Part shown: in pieces, positions 61,651 through 64,000 of the stretch
Layout of the letters: each line of letters starts with the position of its first letter
Position numbering within the stretch: the stretch's first letter is position 1
NCBI GenBank assembly: GCA_002633005.1
Contig: NMRA01000723.1
Location: 62,001 to 126,000, forward strand
DNA length: 64,000 nt
From: Phoronis australis
Taxonomy: Eukaryota; Animalia; Phoronida
Reading direction: 5' to 3'
Notes under the pieces: model-generated
Told to the model about the DNA's origin: nothing
What the model saw: only the letters and a program-made list of their open reading frames with translations
Database searches by the model: none
Made by a program: the position numbers and the translations under genes

Positions 61651-63375
61651 ATGGCGGCCTCCATTCTCACGCATGGAAAACAGTTGTTATGGTTTAAACA
61701 GCATCTTAGGCGATGTCTGAGCAATTATCGATGGTCTGTTGGAAATCCTGGATCGGTAATTCTGATGTTTTTGCAACATACATGCAATTTTACCTGATAA
61801 CCTAAAGACCCTCAGTCCAAAGTTCGTCAGACATTTTTGGTGTACAATGTCACTGACTACTCTATTGACTGTTCTGTCAGTCAATGGTCATGTAGAAACA
61901 TCCACCACCAGGGGCCGGGCAGAACAGGACTGTGCCAGTGCAGTGGGACAGCACTGCCAGCCGTAGTAGGCAGTAGCCTACTGGGTACTGTACCGTCAGT
62001 CGGCGTCAGTGGCAATGTGTCACTTACAGATGACTAATCAAACTAGCCAGCTAGCTACCTGTGTATGACTGAATGTCAAAACACAGCTAGGAAACAATTA
62101 TTAGTCAATTAGGGAATTAAGGAAAAACTAGCTCTTTCAATTGACCTATCGCCAGGATTATGACTGATGGCTTAACTGACCAATCAGAATGCAACATTCC
62201 TGATGCACCTTCGTCTGTTTTCCAATTAAGCCGCCATTTTACCCGACAAACAAGGCATTGTCGGTAAAGCTTATTTTCGTTTATAGCTCAAGAAACTGCG
62301 CGATAAGAATGTGAAATGGTGAAACGGTGTTGTTATGGCGAGTGTAATTTTGACTGCCGTTATACAGCTCGAGAAGAATATCCCATCACTTTTTGGGCAT
62401 TGCCTAAGCCGAAAAAAGATGTCAACTGTGTAAATGATGAATCAAACTGTGTGGATGGCCACACGAGCAGCTAAACTTAACATAGCAATGCTGCTGGATT
62501 ACTTGAAGGTTAAACACAAATATATTTGTTCCAAGATACGTACATTTCAGTTTGGTGGCTACCTGATTTTGATTCCAGAGTTGCACTCATCTGGGCGCCA
62601 TACTAGTCCTGTACAAACCATGGTCAGAAAATTTGATATTGACAAAAATTTGATGGTTTAAATTTTGCTATCATGATTGTTTTTGCCAATGAAATAACAA
62701 AACAAGTTGCATACTTAACTAAAATATATCTAAAATTAGTTGAAACTGACTACGTGTATTTTATATGTAAAGCAAAATTGAAAAAGATGCAATGCAGAAA
62801 TAAAACTTGTATTTGTTCCATACTACAAGATATATTTATTAAGTATACAAAGACAGTTGTTTTCCTTTGAGGATGGCGAAGTCTATCACAACTCAGTCTA
62901 AGTGAAATCAATCCTTTGTCCTTGTGAAGGGAATACAACAGTGCTAGTGATGATGAATGAAATTCATGTAATTATTCTAGAAGTAGATATAAAATCACTG
63001 AAATAGTAGAATAGTATTTGATAATTTACAAAGTGGAATTTTATGTTTGCTAAAACAGATTTTCTATTTTTGAAAACAGAAAATCAGGGTCTCTATACTA
63101 TATTGTGTCCAAAACTAAAAAATTCCGTGGAAAAAGGCTTCAATTTGAGTGGGAACCTTGATGACTTTTGGTACACAGGCATTGATACACGTACTTGTTG
63201 TCTGTGTTTTCAGGAGGTGGTTGTGAATGTTGCGGGTAAGCCATTGAGATTTGAGTCGGGACGCTTGGCAAGGTTTGCAGATGGCAGTGCTGTTGTTACA
63301 CTGGGAGAAACATCTGTCTTGACTACTGCGGTCAGTAGAGCCAGAGGACTGACTACTTCTTTCTTACCTCTGACG
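61651..63375 (+). CDS. PNPT1: Mitochondrial polyribonucleotide nucleotidyltransferase (PNPase), first two exons; continues beyond the window
   Basis: Exon 1 at 61651-61755 encodes a basic, acid-free presequence-like peptide, MAASILTHGKQLLWFKQHLRRCLSNYRW.... Exon 2 at 63214-63375 encodes EVVVNVAGKPLRFESGRLARFADGSAVVTLGETSVLTTAVS...FLPLT, the start of RNase PH domain 1. Phase-0 join. Confidence 0.88.
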
Positions 63376-64000
63376 GTATGTGTTGAATTGAGGGTACTTA
63401 CATTCTCAGCTGCGTATGTGCTATATGTTGGTCTGCCTTTGTATGTAATGTTCACAGAATACTCTGAATGTTGAGTACCAAGAAATGACTTTACTGGGAA
63501 CGGATGGTGTTTTTATGGCCCCACATATATTTATGTGGGGCCATATTGCTGTCATCACTGTTTGAATGTCCGCGGCTGGTTGCACAAAGCAGTCCTAAAT
63601 AGTGGGTCAACTATACATTCCTTAACTTTTCACCTCATTTGTGTACTTGTGCAAACACTGATTGAACTTTCTAATACCATTTTCCTTTCATTACTATGTC
63701 CATTTTAGCTTTGATACACACCAAGAATAAACTCTATGTTGAATTGATTTCTCAATATTAATGAAAGTAAACACAAACTTAGTCTTTAACTTAAAGATAT
63801 TCCATGAAAAGATCTCTATATTTTCATGCAATACTCAAATTTCACATTGTTGTCACTGTAGAAAACTTGGCAACAGTTTCCTTAAATAACCTCTGTCTTT
63901 GCCCAGCTGAGTTGAAAAAACACTGTTACCTGCATAGCTAATTGTGTTTTCTGAGTTGAAGTTAACTGGCATTTTTCGTAGTGGCTATTCCATTAGAATC

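Noticed and set aside
62945-63005. C/D-box-like motifs (ATGATGA...CTGA) in PNPT1 intron 1
   Set aside because: Too short, no terminal stem and no recognisable rRNA guide.

Overview
AT-rich, intron-containing eukaryotic DNA, most likely an invertebrate metazoan (a deuterostome is plausible but cannot be proven from sequence alone). Splicing by hand recovers six genes in strictly alternating orientation. They are BIN3 (-, first two exons only, invisible to the ORF track), intronless ADO (+, present twice), a PCGF1-like RING gene with an unusual ~220-aa tail (-), HPS1 (+, 17 coding exons), SRP72 (-, 17 exons) and PNPT1 (+, first two exons). HPS1 and SRP72 each carry a U12-type minor intron. The introns hold many transposon relics: Harbinger-type MITEs, a nested Tc1/Kolobok-THAP cluster, a Helentron-like element, L2-like and RNase H-bearing LINE ends, and tRNA-derived SINE-like units. 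Three near-identical tandem duplications each abut a single N and are most likely uncollapsed haplotypes. I found no convincing wholly new multi-gene system. The best leads are the PCGF1-like tail with CtBP-type motifs, a SINE and a LINE that share a structured 3' end, an inverted MITE pair bracketing SRP72 exons, and very compact bidirectional promoters with ancient synteny.
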